Shown here piece after piece: positions 19,772-29,894 of a stretch of 64,000 nucleotides of DNA. Position 1 is the stretch's first letter. Each line of letters starts with the position of its first letter. The position numbers and the translations under genes were made by a program. The notes under the pieces were generated by a model that saw only the letters and a program-made list of their open reading frames with translations, was not told where the DNA came from and did not search any database. This stretch comes from an uncultured Candidatus Saccharibacteria bacterium (GTDB lineage: Bacteria > Patescibacteriota > Dojkabacteria > GCA-002793355), in the NCBI GenBank assembly GCA_964525295.1, contig CAZGEO010000001.1:440662-504661 (forward strand), written 5' to 3'.

Positions 19772-20242
19772 TCATTTCTCACTCAGCGTCAAAACTTTTT
19801 CATGAACTGCGATTTGACGACCAAGTTCATCTTGGCGGTTTTCAATAAAAGTATACCCCATTTTCTTATAAAATTGGAATGCCGGACAATTTTTGTCTTG
19901 ATTCGAATAAGCCAAAATTTTCAAGCAATTCAATTCTTTGGCAAGCAATTCAATCTCTTTCAATAGAATTTTCCCAAAACCCTTACCCTGTTTCGCTCCA
20001 TCGATATGCAGGAATCTTATTTTTCTGACATTTTCTGTTAGAGAATAGCTTAATTGTGCAACACCAATGGTTACCCCAAGCTCTTGGAGTAACCATGTTT
20101 GAGAATCGGTTAACGATTCATGCGCGAGTTCTTCTAAAATAGTATTCTTCAACAATTCAACTTCTTTTTCGTCATACCATTGAGAAATAATTTCACGAAT
20201 TCTAGGAACATCCTTCAACGAAGGCTTTATTAGTATTGTCAT
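19772..20242 (-). CDS. GNAT-family N-acetyltransferase
   Basis: Acetyl-CoA-binding motif QGKGFGKILL. Confidence 0.65.
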   Translation of the reverse strand: MTILIKPSLKDVPRIREIISQWYDEKEVELLKNTILEELAHESLTDSQTWLLQELGVTIGVAQLSYSLTENVRKIRFLHIDGAKQGKGFGKILLKEIELLAKELNCLKILAYSNQDKNCPAFQFYKKMGYTFIENRQDELGRQIAVHEKVLTLSEK

Positions 20243-20258
20243 TCTCGGGGCAATTAAT

Positions 20259-20972
20259 TTAGATACTTCGCAAAAAACCTCGTGAACGTAAAATTATAAA
20301 AGTGATTGGTGTTAACAAGATATAAAAGAGAAAATAATGAACCAAATACGTGTAAATTATCCCCTGTGGCAACACACTCATAATTACAGGAATAATTGCT
20401 CCAAAAATGATTGACAAGATCATAATTGACAAATTGGCATACCACGGATGAGGTAACACGACTGCCGTCAGGTGTGCGCCTCCAAAGACAACTGCAAGCG
20501 CCAAAGATTGCAGTTCAAGTGAATCAAAGTACTCAACGGTAACAAGATATATCACTAAAACACATAATTGTTGACACAAAACTTCGAGAGCTTTCGTAAT
20601 GACATATGAATATCTCATGCGCAATCCCTCAATATGATGATTTTCTAGCCCTTTATAAACCTTCAACTTCTTCCATACTGAGAAAAGCAAAAGCCCACAA
20701 ACGATATATATCACAAAAAGAATAGTAAAGGTGACTAACATTCCTGGATCATTCTTGAAATACGCCGTAAGTTGTTCCCTCCAAATAAGCGCCACAACAA
20801 CAATCCAGACAATTGTCACAAAGGAAAAAATTACTGGCTTTTCTGTATATCCAACTCCGCGTGGTTTCAGAACGTAATGATAAAAACCAAAGTAACCAAG
20901 AAATAGAACCGCCCACAAAAGTGACTGATAAATATAGGGAAGAAGATATTCGAACATCATTAAGTATAGCAA
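20259..20972 (-). CDS. Hypothetical polytopic membrane protein
   Basis: About 6 transmembrane helices. No clear CPBP motifs. Confidence 0.4.
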   Translation of the reverse strand: MLYLMMFEYLLPYIYQSLLWAVLFLGYFGFYHYVLKPRGVGYTEKPVIFSFVTIVWIVVVALIWREQLTAYFKNDPGMLVTFTILFVIYIVCGLLLFSVWKKLKVYKGLENHHIEGLRMRYSYVITKALEVLCQQLCVLVIYLVTVEYFDSLELQSLALAVVFGGAHLTAVVLPHPWYANLSIMILSIIFGAIIPVIMSVLPQGIIYTYLVHYFLFYILLTPITFIILRSRGFLRSI

Positions 20973-21036
20973 GCTATTGATGAATTGTGTATGTGTTCCT
21001 TTACAAGTGATTATTCAGAGGAATAACCTAGAGAAG

Positions 21037-21705
21037 CTACAGTAATTCTCGATAGTCAGAGATTACGTGCGGTTCTCCAATTACCGCTGAATCATTTTGT
21101 CCTTTCGTATGTATGACAACGTAATCAATTTCTGAATTCCTCGCTGCCAAAATACCATTGGGAGAATCTTCAAATATGACTGCTTCTCGTTTTTCTTTAC
21201 CACCTAATTGCTCTAAAGCAGCAAAGAAAATATCAGGGGCAGGCTTAGTATTTTGCACGTCATTCACTGTCACAATTACTTCAAAAAATTTTTTAAGACC
21301 ACTACGTTCGAGAATTGGGTCTGCAAAGAATCTTCCCGTAGAAGTTCCTACTGCTATTTTTTTCTTTGCATTTTGTAGTGCAACCAAAAAATCAATCACA
21401 CCTGGTTTCACAGAAACAACACTTTCAAAGTTATTTTGCAAAGAAGCATTTTTTGCTTCGCGATAATGTTTCACGAATTCTGAAACATCTTTTCCTACAA
21501 TGCTTTTACTTTGAAAATATCGAGAGAATCCGGCTTTCGAACCGCTCCCCGCCATATAGGTAAGGTATTCACTATATAAAAGCTCCTGATTCAATAGTTT
21601 CGCTATAGTTTCACGAAAAGATGAAAAATTCAACTCTTCAAGATCGACAATTGTGCCATCCATATCAAATAAAAAGTACTGTTTCTTCTCCAACCATTCA
21701 ACCAT
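21037..21705 (-). CDS. HAD-superfamily hydrolase (beta-phosphoglucomutase-like subfamily)
   Basis: Motif I LFDMDGTIVD. It is a clear paralog of the gene at 27964..28635. Confidence 0.7.
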   Translation of the reverse strand: MVEWLEKKQYFLFDMDGTIVDLEELNFSSFRETIAKLLNQELLYSEYLTYMAGSGSKAGFSRYFQSKSIVGKDVSEFVKHYREAKNASLQNNFESVVSVKPGVIDFLVALQNAKKKIAVGTSTGRFFADPILERSGLKKFFEVIVTVNDVQNTKPAPDIFFAALEQLGGKEKREAVIFEDSPNGILAARNSEIDYVVIHTKGQNDSAVIGEPHVISDYRELL

Positions 21706-21713
21706 ACGCCTCC

Positions 21714-23099
21714 CTAGAATAAATTTACTATAAACTGCAAAGCACCACCACCCACCAGCATAATTATCAGTCCAGGTACCAATTTCCAGAAGAAATCGCG
21801 AGACCCCGAGAGATAACTATATACTGCCTTACTGGAAAAATTTATGGCATTAATTATGACAAAAACAATAATTGCCATACCGATTGTGATTTGCGATCTA
21901 TTAACCAATTCTGCCATCGTAATTATGACTGCATCTACCCCAGCAAGAGAAGCGATAGCAGATGTTGCAATAAAGCCCGCAGTGCCAATCACTACTAAAG
22001 AAATGTTCGCAATAATCTTAATGCTAGAAAGTAGCAATGCGAATTTTACCGCTGGCCCAAGATTGAAGATCTTTCCTTCTTCGTTGCTCTGCTTGCTATC
22101 AATTGCCTGCAATGTTGTACTCACCGATTCATTTGAAGTTGCAGGTGTAGCCTTTTTCTGAATACCACGAAGCAAATACCACGCATACAAAGTACCGAAA
22201 ATGACCACGCCCAGAATGAATGGAAGTACTGACTTGAGCAAAATGACAGAAATTGGCGCCATAAGGATTAGTAATTGCACAAAGCTAATCATATTCGCCA
22301 AAACTGCACCTGCGACTAAAGAATTACTTTCAGTAACTTTGGTACTTTTGGAGGCGAGACCAATTGTGGTTGAAGTAGAAGAGACAAAACCACCAATTAT
22401 GGCTGGTAGTAAATCAGAGGTACTTCCCGCAAAGATTTTCTTCAAGATATATCCCAAGATATCGATTCCCGACACAAAGACAACAATGTACCAAATCTTA
22501 TAGGGGTTAAGCAACCCGAGATGAACGATCTTATCGACAACTTCATTTGAAAAACCTAAAAGTGCTGGATCTATACCTAAGTCAGCGAATGAAAATGAAC
22601 GATCAGGCAAAAATGGCAAAATGATCAATGCTGTCGCGAGAAAAGCAATTATTTGAGAAGCTTCTCTTGTTGATACCTTTTTACCCAATGAAAGCAATGT
22701 CTCTCGTTGCTCCATAATAAACATGACGCCAATAAATGCAGCAATTAAAACAGTATCAGGAAATATCCTAAGCATCCAAAGGAAAGAAAGTATAAATGCT
22801 ACAAAAATTGATAATTCATCTGAAAATGAAACATTTGTGCCTTGTGCGAGCGTCACACTAAAGAAAATAAGCGGAAGGATCAAAATGACTACAGAAAAAA
22901 TGATTGCAATCATAATGTACCCCGCCGAATACAAATATCCCAAGAACATGCCTAACAACGAAATAATAAAAAAAGTTCTTGTTCCGCCAAGAATCTTACT
23001 TTTCACGCCACCTACATTTTCACGCATTTCTTTGAGATAACCGGTTAATCCAAGTAATGATGATAACAAAATTGGTAGTAATAATGACAGTTGTTCCAT
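21714..23099 (-). CDS. Hypothetical polytopic membrane protein
   Basis: More than 10 transmembrane helices. No definitive family signature. Confidence 0.45.
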   Translation of the reverse strand: MEQLSLLLPILLSSLLGLTGYLKEMRENVGGVKSKILGGTRTFFIISLLGMFLGYLYSAGYIMIAIIFSVVILILPLIFFSVTLAQGTNVSFSDELSIFVAFILSFLWMLRIFPDTVLIAAFIGVMFIMEQRETLLSLGKKVSTREASQIIAFLATALIILPFLPDRSFSFADLGIDPALLGFSNEVVDKIVHLGLLNPYKIWYIVVFVSGIDILGYILKKIFAGSTSDLLPAIIGGFVSSTSTTIGLASKSTKVTESNSLVAGAVLANMISFVQLLILMAPISVILLKSVLPFILGVVIFGTLYAWYLLRGIQKKATPATSNESVSTTLQAIDSKQSNEEGKIFNLGPAVKFALLLSSIKIIANISLVVIGTAGFIATSAIASLAGVDAVIITMAELVNRSQITIGMAIIVFVIINAINFSSKAVYSYLSGSRDFFWKLVPGLIIMLVGGGALQFIVNLF

Positions 23100-23201
23100 A
23101 AAGTAATTAATATCATAAATTGAGCTATTTCGCTAACGAGTATTTTCTTCGATTGCTCACGAGTGAATTAACAAATATGACAAAAAGAGTTACACTAATT
23201 C

Positions 23202-23444
23202 ATGACATACAAAACAGCTTTGATAACAATCTTTGTTATCGCGATTTGTGGCGTACTTTTTTCAGGCTACCTATCTTATTATGAACTTTTTGTTCCTGCC
23301 GGGTGTAGCGAAGCAATTGTATCTTGCGGAGAAAAGCAGATAAGTATTGCGAACCTGCCGGCCTGCGTATACGGCTTCATTATGTACATGGTCGTGCTAA
23401 CAATTAGTGGTGTAGCTTTATTCGGCAAGAAAAAAGTCGAGTAG
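23202..23444 (+). CDS. Small membrane protein containing a Cys pair
   Basis: 80 aa with two transmembrane helices and a CSEAIVSC segment. Confidence 0.35.
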   Translation: MTYKTALITIFVIAICGVLFSGYLSYYELFVPAGCSEAIVSCGEKQISIANLPACVYGFIMYMVVLTISGVALFGKKKVE

Positions 23445-23446
23445 TG

Positions 23447-24694
23447 TTATTCAGATATCCCCGGGATTGGGAATGGTGTTATAAACTCTGTAACTTCGTG
23501 ACTAATTTCTGATAATTGTGATTCATCTTCATAATTGTCTCTCACTCTTGCCATAAAGGCTGCTATCGTACCCATTTCTTCTTCTTTCAGTCCGCGGGTA
23601 GTAATTGCTGGCGTTCCTACACGGACCCCTGATGGATCCCATGGTTTTCTTGGATCATTAGGTATCATGTTTTTATTAACCGTAATATTCGCCTGTTCTA
23701 GTGCTTTTTCGAATTGCTTCCCAGTCACTTTATTTTTCTGCAAATCTAACAACATCATATGATTGTCAGTTCCACCAGAAACGACCAAAAAATCCTTCTT
23801 TTGTAACTCAACTGCCAGTGCCTTTGCATTATTTATAACTTGTTGTGCATACTGTTTAAATTCCGGTTGCAAGGCTTCACCAAGCGCGACAGCTATTGCT
23901 GCGGTATTATGATTATGTGGCCCACCCTGAATACCTGGAAAAACTGCTTTATCGATCTTTTCTGCCCATTCCTGTTTGCACAAAATCATACCTGCCCTAG
24001 GACCACGAAGAGTTTTATGCGTAGTTGTTGTAACAATATCCGCATATGAAACTGGTGATTCTAAAATACCGGCAGCCACAAGCCCTGCGATATGTGACAT
24101 ATCTACCACCAGAACTGCGCCAATCTCATCAGCTATACTACGAAATCTCCCCCAATCAATAAGCCTTGAATACGCCGTATACCCTGCCCAAATCAATTTC
24201 GGACGACACTGAAGGGCAATGTTCCGTACTTGCTCATAGTCAATATAACCAGCGGAGTTAACACCATATGCATAAGCATTAAACCATTTACCAGTGACTG
24301 AAACTTTGAAACCGTGGGTTAGATGCCCACCTGCTGCTAAATCCATACCCAAAACAGTATCTCCGGGTGAGAGTGTGGCCAGATAAACTGCTAAATTTGC
24401 CGGACTTCCAGAGTATGGCTGTACATTAACATGCTCAGCACCAAAAAGTTGCTTAGCTCGATTTACTGCCAAGGATTCAATCTCATCAACAAACTTGTTG
24501 CCTGCATAATAGCGAACTCCCGCATAACCTTCTGAGTATTTATTCGTTAAAATACTCCCCATTGCTTCGAGAACTGCTTCACTTACATAATTTTCTGAGG
24601 CAATAAGCTCAATACCACGTAATTGACGTTGCGTTTCTCGTTCTATAGATGAATACACAGTCGAATCATTTATTGCTAACTTCTTGGTCATCAT
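23447..24694 (-). CDS. glyA: Serine hydroxymethyltransferase
   Basis: HLTHG...; the PLP-Lys motif TTTTHKTLRGPRAG; and full-length similarity to SHMT. Confidence 0.95.
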   Translation of the reverse strand: MMTKKLAINDSTVYSSIERETQRQLRGIELIASENYVSEAVLEAMGSILTNKYSEGYAGVRYYAGNKFVDEIESLAVNRAKQLFGAEHVNVQPYSGSPANLAVYLATLSPGDTVLGMDLAAGGHLTHGFKVSVTGKWFNAYAYGVNSAGYIDYEQVRNIALQCRPKLIWAGYTAYSRLIDWGRFRSIADEIGAVLVVDMSHIAGLVAAGILESPVSYADIVTTTTHKTLRGPRAGMILCKQEWAEKIDKAVFPGIQGGPHNHNTAAIAVALGEALQPEFKQYAQQVINNAKALAVELQKKDFLVVSGGTDNHMMLLDLQKNKVTGKQFEKALEQANITVNKNMIPNDPRKPWDPSGVRVGTPAITTRGLKEEEMGTIAAFMARVRDNYEDESQLSEISHEVTEFITPFPIPGISE

Positions 24695-24701
24695 CTTTGT
24701 A

Positions 24702-25145
24702 TTATCGCACGAAATTGGTCGTTGCGCGGATCAAAATTTTATATTCGTCATTATTTTCATCTTTTAACATCCTAATTGCTTCTGCAAATCCAATTTGCAA
24801 AACGAGATCTTCTTTTTCATCTATCGCTGGTTTTCTGGATACTTCTGCAATTTGCTTACAGATGAAATATAGCGTTGTTTTTTCAATTCCTTCTACGTCT
24901 GGTCTATTGAAATACGTCACCAATGAACCAATATATCGTTGAACATCGACCACACGCCCCAACTCTTCTGCAGCGCCACGAAGGACCGCTTGCTCAAAAG
25001 TTTCATTCACAAAAGCTGTTTCGCGAGGCAAAGTATGCAAGCCGTCTTTTTTCCTCAGCAAGAAAACTTTGTCATTTTCAATCAAAACGATACCGCACGA
25101 AACATGGAAAGGATTTAGCTTTGTGCCTAGGAGAGTAAAATTCAT
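24702..25145 (-). CDS. NUDIX hydrolase
   Basis: Nudix-box-like segment ...RETAFVNETFEQAVLRGAAEELG. Confidence 0.55.
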   Translation of the reverse strand: MNFTLLGTKLNPFHVSCGIVLIENDKVFLLRKKDGLHTLPRETAFVNETFEQAVLRGAAEELGRVVDVQRYIGSLVTYFNRPDVEGIEKTTLYFICKQIAEVSRKPAIDEKEDLVLQIGFAEAIRMLKDENNDEYKILIRATTNFVR

Positions 25146-26065
25146 TGGCTATTTATGCTACCCATAAATTTATATTTTCCATTCTCTTCAACTATATATC
25201 CCGCTACTGGATAAGAAAAGTGCGTCCCAATAATTAAAGTTTTCGTGTTCGCATATTGTTTCAAAAATTCTACACGAGTCTTTACTGTTTGATTCGGGAA
25301 TGTATCAGCTAAGGTTGTCCATCGCGTTTCAGCAATTTGACAAGGATGGTGCATGACATCTCCCGAAATAATCGCTTTCTCTCCTTTTGATTCGATGACA
25401 ATGCTTATATGATGAGGCGTATGACCAGGAGTTGGAATAAATCTTACATTACTGTCTAACTTATGATCATCTTCCACAAATTCTGCTTTACCCGCTTCTA
25501 CAATAGGTACTACGGAATCTGCAATACCGTTATGATCGTCTTCGACTTCGTTCTCTGGTCTTTCTATCCAATATTGATACTCTTCCTTAGAAAACAAGTA
25601 TTTAGCATTCATAAAAGTAGGTACCCACTTTCCATTTTCTAATTTCGTATTCCAGCCGACGTGATCGAAATGTAAATGTGTACAAACAACAAAGTCAATA
25701 TCTTCTAAAGCGATTCCGGCTTCAGCAAATTTTTCCAGAAAATTAGTGCTTAAATTCCCCCACGCCGGAAGACCTGGTCGATTTTTATGATTTCCATTGC
25801 ACGTATCCACCAAAATACACTTCCCCTCTGATTTGACAACAAAACTCTGAACTAACGCTTTCAGATTTCCTCGTTCTCCAACATAGTGAGGTTTCAACCA
25901 AGGATATTTCATTATCGCTTCAGGCTTCGCGTCTGGAATAAAAGAACTGAAAAGCTCATCATCGACCATTTCAACTATTTGAAATATCTCGACATCACCA
26001 ATTTTCCATTTTAAATTTGTCATATTTTTTCTTAAATCAATTTTAATAACAAAGGAAATTGCCAA
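25142..26065 (-). CDS. MBL-fold metallo-hydrolase
   Basis: HLHFDHVGWN (HxHxDH) followed by downstream histidines. Confidence 0.65.
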   Translation of the reverse strand: MAISFVIKIDLRKNMTNLKWKIGDVEIFQIVEMVDDELFSSFIPDAKPEAIMKYPWLKPHYVGERGNLKALVQSFVVKSEGKCILVDTCNGNHKNRPGLPAWGNLSTNFLEKFAEAGIALEDIDFVVCTHLHFDHVGWNTKLENGKWVPTFMNAKYLFSKEEYQYWIERPENEVEDDHNGIADSVVPIVEAGKAEFVEDDHKLDSNVRFIPTPGHTPHHISIVIESKGEKAIISGDVMHHPCQIAETRWTTLADTFPNQTVKTRVEFLKQYANTKTLIIGTHFSYPVAGYIVEENGKYKFMGSINSQ

Positions 26066-26571
26066 AACTTCGAATCATCTGTTACAGAAAAATGTTTTTG
26101 TCCTTTCACTAAGATTTGAACGCTTCCTTCCATGGCTAACATTTCTAGCATCACCCTCCCGCGGATTTCATCATGACCATACGGATCATTATCTGAGGTA
26201 ACAATCGTGAATTCTGATACATTCTCCTTAATTTTCTGCCAATCGTAGCAGGGTTTCACTATCGGATCTCCACCAGGATAGAAAGAAAAACCAGCAACAA
26301 TAATTGCCTTGTCAATTTTACAATGCAATTGCTCTAACACCGCTAAGACGCAAGCTCCACCTGCAGAATGTCCAATTATGATCGTTTCTTCATCGAATTT
26401 TCCATTTTCCAAAATAACTGGCAGCCACTTTTCTAATTGGGGATTGGCAGTATCTGGTAGTTGTGGGACCCAAACGTCGTATCCATTTTTTTTCAATTCC
26501 ATCTTTAGCCATGGGTACCAATGATTTTCCGGTCCATCTTCCATGGCATGGAGAATTATTACATTTTTCAT
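26032..26571 (-). CDS. Alpha/beta-hydrolase (RBBP9/YdeN-like serine hydrolase)
   Basis: GHSAGG nucleophile-elbow motif. The protein is small (179 aa). Confidence 0.45.
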   Translation of the reverse strand: MKNVIILHAMEDGPENHWYPWLKMELKKNGYDVWVPQLPDTANPQLEKWLPVILENGKFDEETIIIGHSAGGACVLAVLEQLHCKIDKAIIVAGFSFYPGGDPIVKPCYDWQKIKENVSEFTIVTSDNDPYGHDEIRGRVMLEMLAMEGSVQILVKGQKHFSVTDDSKFWQFPLLLKLI

Positions 26572-26574
26572 GAA

Positions 26575-27585
26575 TTATTCTTCCAATAATTTATTAAGAT
26601 CTGCATATATCGCATCGTTCAACTCAAATTCACCTGCTTCTAAATTTCTCATTCGCTCTTTTTGTGATTTTTCACCTGGATAAAATATCTCCTGAATTCC
26701 ATTCATTTTAGGTGCAGCTTTTACTTCAGCAATTAATGATTCAACATCATATTTGAACTCCTCAATAGGTCGTAACATACTAGGATCAATTAAAATAAAT
26801 AACGACCCCCAACCGCCGGAAACATTGTAACCGCACCGTGATCCAGTCAATGCGCCAGCCAATATCTCGATCATAAATGCCAATCCCGAACCTTTATGCT
26901 CAGCAAATGGTAGGAGCCCATTTTCTTCAATTTTGGACAATTCATTAGTAGGATTTCCTTCGCCATCTAGGGCAACGCCCTCAGGTATTATTCGCCCGAA
27001 CTTACGCGCCAAAACTATTTCTCCCCATGTCATTTTTGAAGATGCCATATCAAGAATCACGGGCAATCCGTGAGTTGGAACACCAACTGTTAAAGGATTT
27101 GTGCCGAACACATCCTTAATTGCTCCGTGAGGAATTAATCCACCATCAGAATTGTTAAAACCGATAAAGATTAAATCATTTTCTGCTGCGATACGTGCAT
27201 ACTGCCCAATTATTCCAGACATTGGTGTCGCATTTGCAACACCTACTATGCACATCCCTGATGATTTTACCTTTTCAATCCCTTTTAACAATGCTTTGTT
27301 GATTAGATAGACACCTGGCTTCCCTTGCCCATCGATCAAAATTGAAACCGCAGTTTCTTTTACAATAGTCATATTTTGACCACCTATTTTGATACTCTTT
27401 TTTTTCAAAAGATCTACCATTTCAACAATTCGCACAAATCCATGAGATTTCTTTCCTGTGAGTTCACCCTCAAGGCAGTTTTCAATACAAAAGTTTGCTT
27501 CTTCGGATGATAAGCCAAATTTTTCCAATACCCTGCCTGCCAATTTTCGAGCTTCAACTATTCTAATTTTCATAGCGAAAACCAA
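26575..27585 (-). CDS. Ldh_2-family oxidoreductase (malate/L-sulfolactate dehydrogenase-like)
   Basis: N-terminal segment ...EGELTGKKSHGFVRIVEMV matches the Ldh_2 family signature. Confidence 0.55.
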   Translation of the reverse strand: MVFAMKIRIVEARKLAGRVLEKFGLSSEEANFCIENCLEGELTGKKSHGFVRIVEMVDLLKKKSIKIGGQNMTIVKETAVSILIDGQGKPGVYLINKALLKGIEKVKSSGMCIVGVANATPMSGIIGQYARIAAENDLIFIGFNNSDGGLIPHGAIKDVFGTNPLTVGVPTHGLPVILDMASSKMTWGEIVLARKFGRIIPEGVALDGEGNPTNELSKIEENGLLPFAEHKGSGLAFMIEILAGALTGSRCGYNVSGGWGSLFILIDPSMLRPIEEFKYDVESLIAEVKAAPKMNGIQEIFYPGEKSQKERMRNLEAGEFELNDAIYADLNKLLEE

Positions 27586-27967
27586 TACCTTCTAATGCTT
27601 TAATTACCGCTACTTTGTCTTGCTCTTTAATAAAAAGCAAGTCTTTAGAATAAGTAGAAACTATCAGAATATTGGCATTCGCTTCGTAAATCACCTTACT
27701 CACATTATACAAAGTACCTTTCATAAATGGTATCGAAAGATTTAGTGACACAAGCAACCAGGCATTGTCATTTTTCTCAATCATATTTTCCACTAAATCC
27801 AAATTTTGCGTAATTACTGTAATCTCTTCACTATCATGACTAACCATAAAATGCTGTGTTGGATTTGTTGGGTACGTTTTTACCTGACAATAAAAATACG
27901 GTTCAGCTGAAATTGAAAAGGAACTAGTTCTAAACATTTTTTGAAGATTTTCGTCCATCATAATCAA
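27563..27967 (-). CDS. Hypothetical protein
   Basis: 134-aa ORF translationally coupled to neighbouring genes. No recognisable motifs. Confidence 0.35.
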   Translation of the reverse strand: MIMMDENLQKMFRTSSFSISAEPYFYCQVKTYPTNPTQHFMVSHDSEEITVITQNLDLVENMIEKNDNAWLLVSLNLSIPFMKGTLYNVSKVIYEANANILIVSTYSKDLLFIKEQDKVAVIKALEGIGFRYEN

Positions 27968-28635
27968 AGTAATTCAGAGTAATCATTTATCACAAAATCT
28001 GCTTGTTCGACTATACCGTCATTCAACCCTTCTGTGTGTATTCCGACACAAAATATCTGTGCCGATCTTGCTGCATCAATTCCGTTTCGCGAATCTTCGT
28101 ATACAACCGCCTCTTTTTTCAAAAAATTTCCCTTTAGAATTGTCAAGTTAAAAATTTCTGGATCTGGTTTCCCATTCATCACGTCTTCCGCCGTGACCAT
28201 ATAGTCAAAGAATTCAAAAAGTGAAGATCCACGCAAAATCATTTCAGTAAAGGGCCTTATCGTTGAAGTAGCTAAAGCTATAACCTTATTTTCGTTTCGC
28301 AAATATTGTAGGTACTCCCTAGCCTTCGGAATCAAAAATACGCATTGTTCGAAATTATTTTTTAATGAGTTTTCCTTAATAATGCGGAAATCTTTTATTA
28401 ATGATTCGAGTGAATAATTACCAATATTCTTGCTACGGAGATAAAACTCAAATGCCAATCCTGTCTTCGTTCCAGAAAAATACTTCAAATACTCATCATG
28501 CGTTAGCGATAACTTGAAATACTTATCAATGGTTTGAGCATAACTGGTTCTATTAAGCACCTCTAGGTTGACTAAGGTACCGTCCATATCAAAAATATGC
28601 AGCCTTCTATTTTTTAAATTCTCTTTTATCTCCAT
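27964..28635 (-). CDS. HAD-superfamily hydrolase (beta-PGM-like) and paralog of the gene at 21037..21705
   Basis: Motif I IFDMDGTLVNLE. Confidence 0.7.
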   Translation of the reverse strand: MEIKENLKNRRLHIFDMDGTLVNLEVLNRTSYAQTIDKYFKLSLTHDEYLKYFSGTKTGLAFEFYLRSKNIGNYSLESLIKDFRIIKENSLKNNFEQCVFLIPKAREYLQYLRNENKVIALATSTIRPFTEMILRGSSLFEFFDYMVTAEDVMNGKPDPEIFNLTILKGNFLKKEAVVYEDSRNGIDAARSAQIFCVGIHTEGLNDGIVEQADFVINDYSELL

Positions 28636-28655
28636 TTATTCAGTTTTCTTAAAAA

Positions 28656-28728
28656 TCGGAGTAGTGGGACTCGAACCCACGCCCTCGCGTACCCGAAACG
28701 CGTGCTTTACCAACTAAGCCATACTCCG
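28656..28728 (-). tRNA. tRNA-Pro (anticodon CGG)
   Basis: Folded by hand as a cloverleaf. The acceptor stem CGGAGTA pairs with TACTCCG. The anticodon stem CGCGT pairs with ACGCG around the loop TTCGGGT. The T-arm is GTGGG-TTCGAGT-CCCAC. No CCA is encoded. Confidence 0.85.
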
Positions 28729-28808
28729 TATCGATATTATCCCGCAACAGGCATCTTTTAGCAACAGCTTTCGAAGGAAACTTCTCAGGCACGAAAATCG
28801 CACGCCAC

Positions 28809-29738
28809 CTACTTAGTTAATTCACTCAAACTCTCTTGCAGCATCTTCAATGTATCACTTCTCAAATCTTCCCGCGCAAGGGCATACGCTAAGGTCGCTC
28901 GCAACATATTAACCGGATCTCCAGTCGTATACCAGCGCCCTTCAACATTATGAGTGTAAATTTCTTTTTCGCGTGACAATGCTGTAATTGCATCAACTGC
29001 CCAAAGTTCTCCATCTTTCCCCGTTTTATCGACTGATAAATGATTAAAAAGATCGTAAGAAAGTACGTATCTTCCATAAGAAGCTAAAAGAGAAGGTGCC
29101 ATTTCTGGCGTAGGCTTTTCAACAATTTCCTGCATGATTTCAGTACTCCCCTCTTTGAATTTGAAAACTCCATACCGTTTTACTTCTTCTTTGCTAACGA
29201 ATTGACTTGCGAGAACGCCTCCAGGTTTTTTACCTTGTGATTCTAATGTTTCGAACTTTTTTATTAGTTGCCCAATTCCAGATTCTTTCGCAAGAACTAG
29301 GTCATCTCCAAATAACACAGCAAACGGCTTTCCTTCGGTTAAAAAAGGCTTCGCTGCCAGAAGCGGAGTTCCATTGCCATAAGGCATATTTTTATGTTGA
29401 CGAACATACGCAATATCAGCTTGATCGAAAACTTCGTTGAAACGTGCATATCTATCGAGTTTACCTTGCGAGGCGAGATAATCTTCTAATTCTTTATTAT
29501 TATCAAAATAATCCTCAACTGCATTGTTCCCGTGCCTTGTAACAATCACTATATTTACAATTCCTGCATCAATACATTCTTTCACCACTTCATGGAGAAT
29601 TGGGACATCGATCAAAGGAAGCATTTCTTTTGGAACATTCTTTGTGGCTGGTAAAAATCTCGTTCCATATCCTGCGGCAGTAATTATTGCTGTGTCAATC
29701 ATTCTCAAATACGTGACATTAGTGTTTGATAGTAGCAT
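28809..29738 (-). CDS. galU: UTP--glucose-1-phosphate uridylyltransferase
   Basis: N-terminal AIITAAGYGTRFLPATKNVPKEMLP signature. Confidence 0.85.
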   Translation of the reverse strand: MLLSNTNVTYLRMIDTAIITAAGYGTRFLPATKNVPKEMLPLIDVPILHEVVKECIDAGIVNIVIVTRHGNNAVEDYFDNNKELEDYLASQGKLDRYARFNEVFDQADIAYVRQHKNMPYGNGTPLLAAKPFLTEGKPFAVLFGDDLVLAKESGIGQLIKKFETLESQGKKPGGVLASQFVSKEEVKRYGVFKFKEGSTEIMQEIVEKPTPEMAPSLLASYGRYVLSYDLFNHLSVDKTGKDGELWAVDAITALSREKEIYTHNVEGRWYTTGDPVNMLRATLAYALAREDLRSDTLKMLQESLSELTK

Positions 29739-29821
29739 TAAACCATATTGACAACAATGGAGCTAGAAAATGTACTTAATAAAGTTTTATACAACCGTAA
29801 ATTCTGCTATAATTCACTCAC

Positions 29822-29894
29822 GGGCAGTTAGCTCAGCTGGTAGAGCTCGCGACTTACATTCGCGCGGTCATAGGTTCGAGTCCTATACTGCCCA
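29822..29894 (+). tRNA. tRNA-Val (anticodon TAC)
   Basis: Cloverleaf: the acceptor stem GGGCAGT pairs with ACTGCCC, the anticodon loop is CTTACAT, and the T-arm is ATAGG-TTCGAGT-CCTAT. Confidence 0.85.
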
